Source: Nitrospirota bacterium (lineage in GTDB: Bacteria; Nitrospirota; UBA9217). From it: 64,000 bases of DNA. Below, piece after piece: positions 21,582-30,615 of this stretch (position 1 is its first letter; every line of letters starts with the position of its first letter). The notes beneath the pieces are model-generated. The model saw only the letters and a program-made list of their open reading frames with translations, did no database searches and had not been told where the DNA came from. The stretch covers positions 480,001 through 544,000 of the forward strand of contig CAWIYV010000011.1 of assembly GCA_963840455.1 (NCBI GenBank), in the 5' to 3' direction. The position numbers and the translations under genes are program-made.

Positions 21582-21980
21582 ATGAAAAAGAAAAAGACCC
21601 CGAAAAAAGAGGACATGACGGAATTCGCCTTCAAGGAGTTCACGCCTGAAGAGGACCGCATCTACACCGAGGCAGTGACGAAGTTCCGTGAGGCCGTTGG
21701 CGAGGGCAAAACGCTCAAGCAGGCGTATGAGACCTACATTGTTTCCGACAAGGAGCTGGAGAAGATCATCCAGGCCGATTTCCTGAAGATCATGATCGCT
21801 GAGCGCCATTTCAGCGGAAAGGACCCGCTCGACAAGATCGCGAAGGACCTCGGTATCCCCGCGGAACTCGTGCAGGACACCTACGGCCGCATGCTCCAGG
21901 AGGTCGGCGTCACTGCAGCGAACCAGTTCGCCGAAACGGCCAGGCCCGTGGACGCCGACGAACTGAAAACAAACGACTAG
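21582..21980 (+). CDS. Hypothetical protein
   Basis: 132-aa ORF with host-like codon usage; no motif recognised. Confidence 0.75.
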   Translation: MKKKKTPKKEDMTEFAFKEFTPEEDRIYTEAVTKFREAVGEGKTLKQAYETYIVSDKELEKIIQADFLKIMIAERHFSGKDPLDKIAKDLGIPAELVQDTYGRMLQEVGVTAANQFAETARPVDADELKTND

Positions 21981-22056
21981 GACCTGCGACGGACCGACGG
22001 GCGGTTCTTCCGCGACGGCAAGCCCCTTCTGTGGCAAACCCTATCATCCGGCCGAT

Positions 22057-22247
22057 TTAAGCTCCCTGCAGCAAGATGCAGGGAGTCTTCGATCCCCAAG
22101 GAAGTATCGTTGTTCTAATCGCTCGCTCCTGGATTTAAGCTTCCTGAAGAGAACAGCATGGAGCTTCGATCCTCAAGGTTGTGCTTTATTCTAATCGCTC
22201 GCTAACCCCGCAGCAAGCTGCGGGGAATGCGCTCGCTCCTGGATTAA
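22057..22247 (+). repeat. Repeat family A copies 5 and 6, in tandem
   Basis: 22057-22137 lacks hairpin 2; 22135-22247 has a degenerate hairpin 1; joined at tttaagc. Confidence 0.85.
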
Positions 22248-22316
22248 ACCTATTCTCCTCTTCCGTGTCTACCCTACAACGCTAAAATTCCCGACTTTGT
22301 CGGACAAGGAGGAGCT

Positions 22317-22655
22317 ATGAAAAGGTTATTGATCGCAGCAGCAGTTCTGTCACTGGTAGTTGCAGCAGCGGCCTTCGCCGCAGACAGCGGAACGGCGCCC
22401 AAGGGGCCGGGTATGAGCTTTGAGGAGCAGAAGGCGGATATCCTGAAGCACATCGACACGAGGATGTCCTCCCTCCAGGAGGGGAAGGCCTGCGTGCAGG
22501 CGGCCAAGAACCAAGACGATCTCAAGGCATGCAGGCAAAAGCACCGCGCTGAGATGGATCAGATGCGGGGTGAGCACGGCAAAGGCGGGCACATGGGCGG
22601 ACCTGGTGGAATGGGCGGACCTGGCGGTATGGGCGGCCAGCCTCCAAAGCAGTAA
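22317..22655 (+). CDS. Small secreted helical protein with a Cys pair and GGPGGM tail
   Basis: RBS aggagg, signal peptide ending AFA, CVQAA...LKAC. Confidence 0.8.
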   Translation: MKRLLIAAAVLSLVVAAAAFAADSGTAPKGPGMSFEEQKADILKHIDTRMSSLQEGKACVQAAKNQDDLKACRQKHRAEMDQMRGEHGKGGHMGGPGGMGGPGGMGGQPPKQ

Positions 22656-22687
22656 CGGGTGTCGAACGACAGATTGTGATGCACAAC

Positions 22688-22723
22688 AGCGGGATGGCCG
22701 GAAGGCCATCCCGCTTCCTTTTT
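22688..22723 (+). terminator. Rho-independent terminator
   Basis: agcgggatggcc-ggaa-ggccatcccgct followed by T-rich tail. Confidence 0.8.
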
Positions 22724-22774
22724 GAATCTTCTCTTTTTTAAGCAAGCAAATCATACAAGATAGAATCCGATTTT

Positions 22775-23388
22775 TGCATATCCCCTTCGCGTCCTGAATG
22801 AATTTCCTGACCCGTCTAAGGCCACGTTCGCTCGCCCGCACAAACTCGGCCTGTGGCCTCAGACATGCGCGTTCGCCCCTGCGGGGACGCTTCCTTAGGC
22901 CAAGACGGGTGCCCAGGAAATTCATAGGGCCGCTCCGGGGATATGCAGGGTTTGGGTATAGGCCTGCGCATCTGCCTTTCCAAAAGACCCTGCATCCCGT
23001 GAATCCAGGAGCGAGGTCGCCCCCGCAGTTTGGGCTCAGCGAGCGACTAGAATAAAGACTACCCTGAGGATCGAAGCTCCATGCAGTTTGCTTTTGGAAG
23101 CTTCAACAGGTCTGTGCACAAGCATGCGGAAGCAGTCAAGGATGGTGGCATCACCAAGCCAGGCAGACACGAACGAGCCCGTTTTGACGGGCGAGGGGAA
23201 GTGCTGCGATGCTCGAGTAAACTTGTCAACAGTACCGGCCCTGCATGCCTGCGCGGACCTGTGAATCCAGGAGCGAGCTCAGCCCCTTAGCTTGGGGCTC
23301 AGCGAGAGATTAGAATAAATTGTTACTTCCCTGAGGATCTAAGCTTCCTTCAGCTTGCTGAAGGGAGCGTTAACCGGGGTGCAGAAAA
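22775..23388 (-). repeat. Composite structured repeat with nested A copies 7 (23000-23105) and 8 (23262-23372) and a 173-bp imperfect palindrome (22775-22947)
   Basis: Reverse-complement match to 16381-16797; tgcatatcccc/ggggatatgca and atgaatttcctg/caggaaattcat arms. Confidence 0.85.
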
Positions 23389-23605
23389 TAATACATCGTA
23401 AACTTCCTTGTACGATCATGTGACCGCACCTTGTCATTGCGAACGACCGAGCGGGGGCAATAGCAATGACACAGGGACTGAAGGTGATGAGCCTGTGACC
23501 GTGCTCATAATCCCGGTGACTCCGCCTGCCCCCTATGGTATCATGAAAACCGATCTCGCCGCGAGGCCCGGCGCGCCACTCCAAGGCCCCACAAACTCAC
23601 TCCAA

Positions 23606-24385
23606 ATGATGCTCATGAACATCTGCATAGGGCTTCTTGCCGGCTTCTTCGGAGGCATCACCGGAGGAGGAGGCGGGATCATATCGATCCCTCTGATGGT
23701 GGCCTTCGTCAAGCTCGACCAGCACGCGGCCCACGGCACCAGCCTCGTTGCACTGGTCTTCACCGGCCTGGCCGGCGCCGTGACCTACGCCCTGAACGGC
23801 AGCGTGGACTTTGCCGCATCCATTCTGATCGCAGTGACAGCGGTCGGTACCGCCCGCGCCGGCGCGCACTTCGCTCATTCCCTGCCCGAGTGGAAGTTGA
23901 AGCGCGCCTTCGGCGGCTACCTGCTCATCGTCTCCGCGCTCATGCTGCTCAAACCTTATCTCGGCACGCCGCAGACATTGACGGTCGGCGCGGCCCGGAC
24001 CATCGTGCTGCTCGCGACAGGGGCTGTGGCGGGGTTCGCCTCCGGAATGATGGGGGTTGGCGGCGGAGCGATCATGATCCCCGCGATGGCCCTCCTTGCA
24101 GGTTTCGATCAGCATGTGGCACAGGGCACGTCCCTGCTCGTGATGGTCCCTGCGGGAGGCATGGGCGCGTACACGCATTGGAAGCTCGGCAATGTGCGGA
24201 CCGGCATCCTGCCCGGTATCATCTCAGGCGTCCTTGTTGGTACCTGGCTCGGCGGGACTTTCGCTCAAGTCCTCTCCGATACGGTCCTGCGCGTCATATT
24301 CGCGGTTCTCTTGACCTGGACCGGCATTCGCTATCTCCGGACCCCGACGGTCACAGGAACCGGAAACGAACCACTAAAATCGTAG
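23606..24385 (+). CDS. Sulfite exporter TauE/SafE family protein
   Basis: Two GxGGG...P repeats and A.GTSL motifs, about eight TM; start approximate. Confidence 0.9.
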   Translation: MMLMNICIGLLAGFFGGITGGGGGIISIPLMVAFVKLDQHAAHGTSLVALVFTGLAGAVTYALNGSVDFAASILIAVTAVGTARAGAHFAHSLPEWKLKRAFGGYLLIVSALMLLKPYLGTPQTLTVGAARTIVLLATGAVAGFASGMMGVGGGAIMIPAMALLAGFDQHVAQGTSLLVMVPAGGMGAYTHWKLGNVRTGILPGIISGVLVGTWLGGTFAQVLSDTVLRVIFAVLLTWTGIRYLRTPTVTGTGNEPLKS

Positions 24386-24499
24386 ATTTATATTCAGCCT
24401 CTGCCTTGCAGCGGCTCGAAAAACCATTGACAAGAATGTTCAATCGTACTACCGTACTGTTGTTCTACGGCTGTACCAACCACACCGCCCTGACCATAC

Positions 24500-24880
24500 A
24501 CCGGTTCTTCCGGAAGCAGCACCATCCCACTCTTGGAAGCAGAAAGCGCGAAGATGGACCTACCGCCGGTGATGATCTACGGCGAGGACGTCACCCATAT
24601 CATCACTGAGGAAGGCATTGCAAATCTATTGTTGTGCACAACCCCAGAGGAGCGGGAGCAGGCTATTCGTGGAGTGGCCGGCTCGACGCCAATCGGGCTG
24701 GCGCGAGACAAGCGGATCGTCGAGAACCTGCGCGACCGGAAGGCTATCCTCCGGCCTGGGGACCTCGGCATCAGGGAAAGCGACGCAACTAGGGACATGC
24801 TGTCAGCAAAGACCTTCGAGGACATCATCGAGCTGTCCGGAGGATTGTATGCTCCGCCGGATCAGTGCAGGATGAGGTGA
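24500..24880 (+). pseudogene. mdcA: C-terminal remnant of malonate decarboxylase alpha subunit
   Basis: PPVMIYGEDVTHIITEEGIA...LLSAK-like...SGGLYAPP matches the MdcA C-terminus; N-terminal part absent. Confidence 0.8.
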
Positions 24881-24893
24881 AGAGTTCTTCCTG
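24762..24893 (+). repeat. ~130-bp direct repeat, copy 1 (mdcA 3' end)
   Basis: Aligns with 26065-26197. Confidence 0.9.
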
Positions 24894-24964
24894 GCGGAGA
24901 AGCCGGCTCCGCTGGACGTATCTCAGGTCAAAGCCGTGGGTTATCAAGCATAGGAGTCTAGACG

Positions 24965-26008
24965 ATGAAAGTTTTTCTTACGGGGGGCACAGGGTTTATT
25001 GGACAACTACTCGCCAAAGCTTTGCTGGCGCGCGGTTGGAGCGTCACCGCCTTGGTGCGCAATCCGAACAGCCCCCAGGCACGGGCATTGAGCAAGGTGG
25101 GGGCACAGTTGACGATTGGCGATGTTACGGAACGCGAATCCATGCGCACGGCCATGAACGGCGCAGACATCGTCGTGCACAACGCCGGTCACTATGAGTT
25201 CGGTTTAGACAAGGCCGGCAAACAACGTATGCACGCCATCAACGTCACGGGCACTGACAATGTTCTCGGACTCGCTTACGAACTCGGCATTTCACGCACG
25301 GTCTATGTATCAACAGTAGTGGCTTTCGGCGAGACCGGGACTCAAGTACGCGATGAAACCTTCGTGCGCCAGGTGCCATGCCGGACGGCCTATGAACAAT
25401 CGAAAACGGATGCCCATGAAATTGCGCTCCAGCACCAGCAGCGTGGACTGCCGCTCATCATTGTCTGCCCCCACGCTGTGATCGGAACGAACGACCACTC
25501 ATCTTGGGGCTATTTCCTGCGCTTGTACCTCAACCACATGTTGCCGCCGATGGGTTGGTCGCCAAACGCAATCCATGCTCTTGTGTACCGTGAAGACCTG
25601 GCGGAAGGCATCGCCCTTGCGACTGAAAACGGGCGAATCGGCGAGATGTATTTTCTAAGCGGCGAAGCCCGATCTTTCCGCGAACACTTTAATTACTGGA
25701 CCAAGAGGCCAGGAGCCTTCAGACCTTTGGTATGGCTACCCACCAGCCTGGCGGCCTTGTGCTTTGCCCCTTTGGAGCCGGTGCAACGGATGCTGGGTCT
25801 ATCGGCCTTCATCTCACGCGAAACCGTCCTGGCCGCTGCAACGAATTTGTATTACTCAAATGAAAAAGCAAAACGCGAACTGGGTTGGACGCATCGTTCC
25901 GCCGAAGCGATGTGGTTTGCAACGATCGACGGCGAACTTGAACTGCTCTCCAGGCGCAAAGGTCAAAACCTGATCCAGCGCCTGAAGCCCTTGGATGTAG
26001 TTGATTAG
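24965..26008 (+). CDS. NAD-dependent epimerase/dehydratase (extended SDR, DFR/HpnA-like)
   Basis: TGGTGFIG, HNAG, YEQSK. Confidence 0.9.
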   Translation: MKVFLTGGTGFIGQLLAKALLARGWSVTALVRNPNSPQARALSKVGAQLTIGDVTERESMRTAMNGADIVVHNAGHYEFGLDKAGKQRMHAINVTGTDNVLGLAYELGISRTVYVSTVVAFGETGTQVRDETFVRQVPCRTAYEQSKTDAHEIALQHQQRGLPLIIVCPHAVIGTNDHSSWGYFLRLYLNHMLPPMGWSPNAIHALVYREDLAEGIALATENGRIGEMYFLSGEARSFREHFNYWTKRPGAFRPLVWLPTSLAALCFAPLEPVQRMLGLSAFISRETVLAAATNLYYSNEKAKRELGWTHRSAEAMWFATIDGELELLSRRKGQNLIQRLKPLDVVD

Positions 26009-26064
26009 TTATCTCTGTGTCTGTTCCGGGTCCAATCCCTGTAACGTATGGAATCGAGCTCAGA

Positions 26065-26197
26065 ACCTCGTCATCAAGGAAAGCGACGCAACGCGAGATA
26101 TGCTGTCGGCAAAAACCATTCGAGGACATCATCGAGCAGTCCGGAGGATTGTATGCTCCGCCGGACCAGTGTAGGATGAGATGAAGAACCTTTCCTG
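26065..26197 (+). repeat. ~130-bp direct repeat, copy 2
   Basis: Aligns with 24762-24893; contains TTGTAT-N17-TAGGAT. Confidence 0.9.
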
Positions 26198-26255
26198 TTA
26201 GTGTAACCAAGGAGACATCATTCCTAGGTGCATAGTACAGTATGAGGGAATAACG

Positions 26256-27092
26256 ATGAATGTCTCGGTCCTGGGGTTGGGCATTATCGGAAGCATATGG
26301 GCGAAAAATCTGATCGCCGATGGGCATGCCGTGCGATGCTGGAACCGGACGCCGAAAGATTTCCCTTATTTTCACTTATCCATTCAGGAAGCAGTGGAGG
26401 TCGCGGAAGTGATCTTCATCGTCGTCGCCGACCCGCCGGCCGTTCAGGCCGTTCTGGATCAGATCCTGCCCAAGCTTGCCCCCGGAGCATTGGTGATCCA
26501 ATCGAGCACCATTTCCGCTCACTGGACGCGGATCTTTGCCGAACAAGTCCAACGCACCGGTGCAGTATTCCTGGAAGCGCCCTTTACGGGCAGCAAGATT
26601 GCCGCAGAGAAGCGGCAAACCGTCTATTATCTGGGCGGCGAACCGGAAGTCGTCGAAAAGGTGCGCCCGATCCTCGAACCAATAGCAAGCGCCATCATCC
26701 ATATCGGTCCGCTGGGCTCCGCCTCCTCGTTGAAGCTTGCGATGAACCTGAACGTGGCCGGTGTGGCCCAGAGTTTATGCGAGAGCCTGGCCTTATGCCG
26801 GGCTTCGGGGATCCCCGATGACGTGTATTTCAGCGCGCTGGGGCTTAATGTTTCCCATTCGGGCCTTTCCGATCTGAAAGAATCCAAGCTGCGCTGTTAC
26901 GATTACAGCCCGCAGTTCTCCCTCAAGCACATGGCGAAGGATCTTCGCCTGGCATTGGAGACCGCTGCCAACCTCTCGCTGTCACTTGAACAAACGGAGC
27001 ATCTCAAGAAAATGTACGAACGGGGAATGGCTGCCGGTTGGTCGGAAGATGACTTCATCGGGCTCATGCGGCTCATGGATAAGAGGACATGA
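26256..27092 (+). CDS. NAD(P)-dependent oxidoreductase, beta-hydroxyacid dehydrogenase family
   Basis: GLGIIG, WNRT, EAPFTGS, KLAMN, F.LKHMAKDL. Confidence 0.9.
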   Translation: MNVSVLGLGIIGSIWAKNLIADGHAVRCWNRTPKDFPYFHLSIQEAVEVAEVIFIVVADPPAVQAVLDQILPKLAPGALVIQSSTISAHWTRIFAEQVQRTGAVFLEAPFTGSKIAAEKRQTVYYLGGEPEVVEKVRPILEPIASAIIHIGPLGSASSLKLAMNLNVAGVAQSLCESLALCRASGIPDDVYFSALGLNVSHSGLSDLKESKLRCYDYSPQFSLKHMAKDLRLALETAANLSLSLEQTEHLKKMYERGMAAGWSEDDFIGLMRLMDKRT

Positions 27093-27154
27093 GCTAATAA
27101 AATGAACGGCTTATAATTATGGGTCTTTCCCTTTTCAAGTGGGCAATTCATTGA

Positions 27155-27631
27155 AGCACCTGCATACTTAGCACAGCAAAGTTCCGGCCTGCCCAAAAAG
27201 GCTCTTTTTTCTGCAGTCCGGCTCGCACTGCGCTGCAGGCATGCAGTTTGTCCGTGGTTTCCTGTTCTGCTCTGTCCGATCCTCAGCACTTCCGCTGACG
27301 CACGTGCTGGAAGCGACACGGTGATCTTCCATGCTTCCGTGACGCATGCCTATGCATCGCCAGTGCTCACGGACCGCAGGGGCTTTTAGAAAAACGGGGC
27401 AGAACTGCTTTGGATCTGCCGTACCCAAAACCCCGGGCAGCCCGGCTGCGACGACTGTGCGTGACGCATGCCCTTTTACGGATCGAACAGGAACCGTCCC
27501 AAAGCAGCGCAGCCGCAGGGGAAGCGCTGCCGGGAATGCAAGAACAGGATAGGAGCGGGCAACAGCACCCTGCATGCTTAGCACAGCGGAGCCACCGGGC
27601 TGCCCAAAAAAGAAAGGGATTTTTTTCTGCA
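27155..27631 (+). repeat. Diverged third copy of the structured scaffold, bounded by ~65-bp direct repeats
   Basis: Blocks ttttctgca, tgcaggcatgcag, cagcacttcc, cgcatgc, gcaggggctttt shared with 16381-16690; 27155-27215 resembles 27564-27631. Confidence 0.7.
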
Positions 27632-27731
27632 CCCGGTTGTATAATCAGCAAGGGGGACTACAGGATGTCCCTACGTTTCCTAAGTTTCTCCCGCGCCTCG
27701 CCCGCATTCGGCTCTCTGGAAGGAATCTAAG

Positions 27732-28754
27732 ATGTCTATCATAGGCCCCTATACTCACCACATTGATCCGATCATCGGAACGATCTTCGGTGTCCACCTC
27801 TGGTGGTATGGCTTGAGCTATACTCTGGGGTTCCTGAACGCCCATCTGTTCATACTGCGCAAGCAGAGCCAGCTCAGCCTCTCTATTCGATCGGCGTACA
27901 CCCTAAGCCTCTTATTGGCGAGTGGTGTTCTTCTTGGTGGCCGTTTCGTCCAGGTCGCATTTTACGAATGGCCATACTTCCGCGAACATCTGAGCTTGAT
28001 CCCGGCCTATTGGCTCGGCGGCATGGCGACCCACGGGCTGTTATTGGGCGGTCTTGTCGGGGTCTGGATATTTGCTCGCCGTCACGGACAGTCATTCTTG
28101 AAGATCACGGACGCGCTCGCTATCCCCGCCGCCGTCATCATGGGGGTGGGGAGGCTCGGCAACTTCATAGACGGCCAGATCGTCGGAAGCGTGACCACCG
28201 TGCCCTGGGCCGTCAAGTTCCCGGACGCCGACGGCTTTCGCCATCCTGTCGTGTTATATGACGCAGTGAAAAATCTTCTCATCGTACCCGTCCTGATGTA
28301 TGTTGAGAAGCGACAGCCACCGCAGGGCGTGCGGACGGGTGTTTTTCTTTTCCTGTACGCCTTTCTGAGAATCTTCGTTGACGTCTTCCGGGAATATCCC
28401 ACAACGATGTTGGGGCTTGCCACCGGGCAGGTTCTGAACATCCTGATGTCTGTTCTTGGCCTCGGCCTGATCCTCGTTCCCTTGTGGAAAAGCCACGGTA
28501 TGTCCAGGGCGGCCGTGCCACCTGCGGTCAACCTGCAAGAGATCCCGGCGCCTGCGGGTCTCCGCTGGCGGAGGCTGGCATTCGCCGCGCTCCTGCTATT
28601 CTCGTTGGTGATGCCAAGTGATTGGACACAGGATATACCGGCCCGTTACGGACCTCGGCATACGTGCCTGAGCTATTCCAGCATTTATCCAAGAATCGAT
28701 GCTTCGCCCAAGTTGGCCCCGTCGACGATCGACCCACAGAACGCGCCGAACTGA
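27732..28754 (+). CDS. lgt: Prolipoprotein diacylglyceryl transferase homolog with C-terminal extension
   Basis: IDPI, WYG, GGMATHG, GRLGNF, PWAVKFP, RHP..LY, R...D.FRE. Confidence 0.88.
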   Translation: MSIIGPYTHHIDPIIGTIFGVHLWWYGLSYTLGFLNAHLFILRKQSQLSLSIRSAYTLSLLLASGVLLGGRFVQVAFYEWPYFREHLSLIPAYWLGGMATHGLLLGGLVGVWIFARRHGQSFLKITDALAIPAAVIMGVGRLGNFIDGQIVGSVTTVPWAVKFPDADGFRHPVVLYDAVKNLLIVPVLMYVEKRQPPQGVRTGVFLFLYAFLRIFVDVFREYPTTMLGLATGQVLNILMSVLGLGLILVPLWKSHGMSRAAVPPAVNLQEIPAPAGLRWRRLAFAALLLFSLVMPSDWTQDIPARYGPRHTCLSYSSIYPRIDASPKLAPSTIDPQNAPN

Positions 28755-28801
28755 CCATTCCGGTCGACCGCATGTCTCAGGGGCTGAATTTGGCGTTAAC
28801 C
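28745..28801 (+). other. Degenerate integron attC-like site
   Basis: GCCGAAC-N5-attc[c]ggtc...ggctgaat-N5-GTTAACC, 57 bp, overlapping the lgt stop. Confidence 0.45.
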
Positions 28802-29064
28802 GCACCATGAACGAGAAGGTCAGAAGGTCACGTAAGAAGTCCCGTGCAACAAGCTACAGGGAATATTCGATCCGTAATGTACTTATCGTTCACCTAAGCG
28901 TTCACTTAAACTTTTTTCTCTCGATCGTGTCTCATTATGTGTATACTGATTCCAGCATGGGACGGCTGCGCAGCCTGGATACAATTTTATTTGCTATGAA
29001 AGCAATCGACGAGGATCAGGTGTCCGCTGGAAACCCCAACGTTAAGAGAGGAAGGACTGCGTCT

Positions 29065-30549
29065 GTGAATAGGACCTTCATAAAGGGCTTTTTGCCGGCA
29101 TTTGTTGTGTGCCTTTCGGCGCTCCTGCCCATTCAGGCCTGGGCGGATGACCCGGACCTGATATACTCAATATCATACACCGATGATGAGCTTGATAACC
29201 TCCTTGCACCCATTGCTCTCTACCCGGATCCTCTCCTGGCCCAGCTACTGCCGGCTTCGACATATCCGACAGAGGTTGCCGATGCGGAAGCGTGGCTCAA
29301 GAGCGGCGGGGATGTGTCAGGTATTGACGATCAGGTTTGGGCTGAGTCCGTCAGGGCAATTGCTCACTATCCAGACATCCTTACCATGATGGCCGAGAAT
29401 ATGGATTGGACTGCAAACGTGGGAGATGCCTTTCTCAACCAGCCGGAAGACGTGACCAATTCGATCCAGCGGCTAAGGTGGCGGGCGAGGGCCGTCGGCA
29501 ATCTTGTTAGTAATGCTGAACAGACTGTTATTATCGAAGGAGATTATATCCAGATCGTTCCGGCTCAGCCTCAGTATCTATACGTCCCTCAGTATGACAC
29601 TTCAGTGGTATATGTCCAAGCTCCAACCATGGGTTATTCGCCTTTTATCACCTTTGGATTTGGCCTGGCGATCGGGGGCTGGCTGAGCATGGACTTCGAC
29701 TGGGGTCACCACCACGTGATCTATCATGGATGGGATCGCCCTGGCTGGGTCAATCATGCAAGGCCATATGTTCACGTAAGGGATGTTTATATCAACCAAA
29801 GCCGGCCCTACATAAATCAAACATGGAGGCATGACAGATCACACGGTGACCCCGCCAGGTACCTGGCATCGCGACCCAGTGGTCCGAACGCCGACCGGTA
29901 TGCGCGCATGGGCGAAGCAAGGGGGAGCACTACATTACAGCCCAGGCCCGCTGGAGGGACGTACGACCGCGGACGGGACGCCTACACATACAGCAATCGC
30001 GGCAGCGAAAGCCGTGGTGTTGTGAACCAGTGGCCGAAACCACCGGCTCAAGGTAGCAGCCAGCGACCGACGACGCCGACTCCGGGTATCAGCCAGCGAC
30101 CGATACCTCCAACTCCGGGTATCAGCCAACGACCGATACCGCCTACTCCGGGTATCAGCCAAAGACCAACACCGCCGACTCCGAGTGTCAGCCAGCGGCC
30201 GACGCCACCAACTCCGGGTATCAGCCAAAGACCAACACCGCCGACTCCGAGGGTCAGCCAGCGACCGACGCCACCAACTCCGGGTAGCAGCGAGCGACCG
30301 ACACCACCGACTCCACGTGTCAGCACCCAGCCTCAGCCCGGTCCTGGTCGCGAGCGCGTGCAGCCTGAAAGGCCACCTTCGGTCACTTTTGGTGGTTACC
30401 GGGGAGGTAAGGAGGCCAAGGAGCAGAGCTCTCGTGGCCAGAACAGCCGCCAGAGCAGTGAGGCGGCACGCCCTTCCCCTGCGCCGGCCAGCCATGGCAA
30501 AGCTCCTGCGGGGAAAAACGACACGGGCGGAGACAGACAACATCGGTAG
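29065..30549 (+). CDS. DUF3300 domain exported protein with Pro-rich repeat tail
   Basis: ELDNLLAPIALYPDPLLAQ...STYP; signal peptide after GTG 29065; RBS gagg. Confidence 0.88.
   Translation: MNRTFIKGFLPAFVVCLSALLPIQAWADDPDLIYSISYTDDELDNLLAPIALYPDPLLAQLLPASTYPTEVADAEAWLKSGGDVSGIDDQVWAESVRAIAHYPDILTMMAENMDWTANVGDAFLNQPEDVTNSIQRLRWRARAVGNLVSNAEQTVIIEGDYIQIVPAQPQYLYVPQYDTSVVYVQAPTMGYSPFITFGFGLAIGGWLSMDFDWGHHHVIYHGWDRPGWVNHARPYVHVRDVYINQSRPYINQTWRHDRSHGDPARYLASRPSGPNADRYARMGEARGSTTLQPRPAGGTYDRGRDAYTYSNRGSESRGVVNQWPKPPAQGSSQRPTTPTPGISQRPIPPTPGISQRPIPPTPGISQRPTPPTPSVSQRPTPPTPGISQRPTPPTPRVSQRPTPPTPGSSERPTPPTPRVSTQPQPGPGRERVQPERPPSVTFGGYRGGKEAKEQSSRGQNSRQSSEAARPSPAPASHGKAPAGKNDTGGDRQHR
30058..30321 (+). 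repeat. Eight in-frame 33-bp tandem repeats (SQRPTPPTPGI)
   Basis: Directly visible in the translation, with synonymous variation between units. Confidence 0.92.
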
Positions 30550-30615
30550 GGGGCAGGTTTGTTTCAAGTATTTTCGACAACGGGTCATAAATTGAATTCA
30601 GAAAGGGAAAAAACC

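Noticed and set aside
3475-23372. Repeat family A as a CRISPR array
   Set aside because: Copies are ~115 bp, dispersed, in both orientations, with no regular spacers or cas genes
23431-23471. tgtcattgcg...gcaatgaca REP-like hairpin, and a similar remnant at about 58480-58520
   Set aside because: Single degenerate copies; too little support to call a family here
16365-27651. Short ORFs inside the structured repeats (16365..16547, 22350..22925, 23081..23290, 27168..27632)
   Set aside because: Frames are not preserved between repeat copies; conservation follows base pairing
28699-29064. Long N-terminal extension of the DUF3300 ORF
   Set aside because: RBS and signal peptide point to GTG 29065; the upstream part spans the attC-like site and promoter-like DNA
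30058-30321. 33-bp repeats as a CRISPR or non-coding array
   Set aside because: Contiguous, in frame, with synonymous variation; protein repeat
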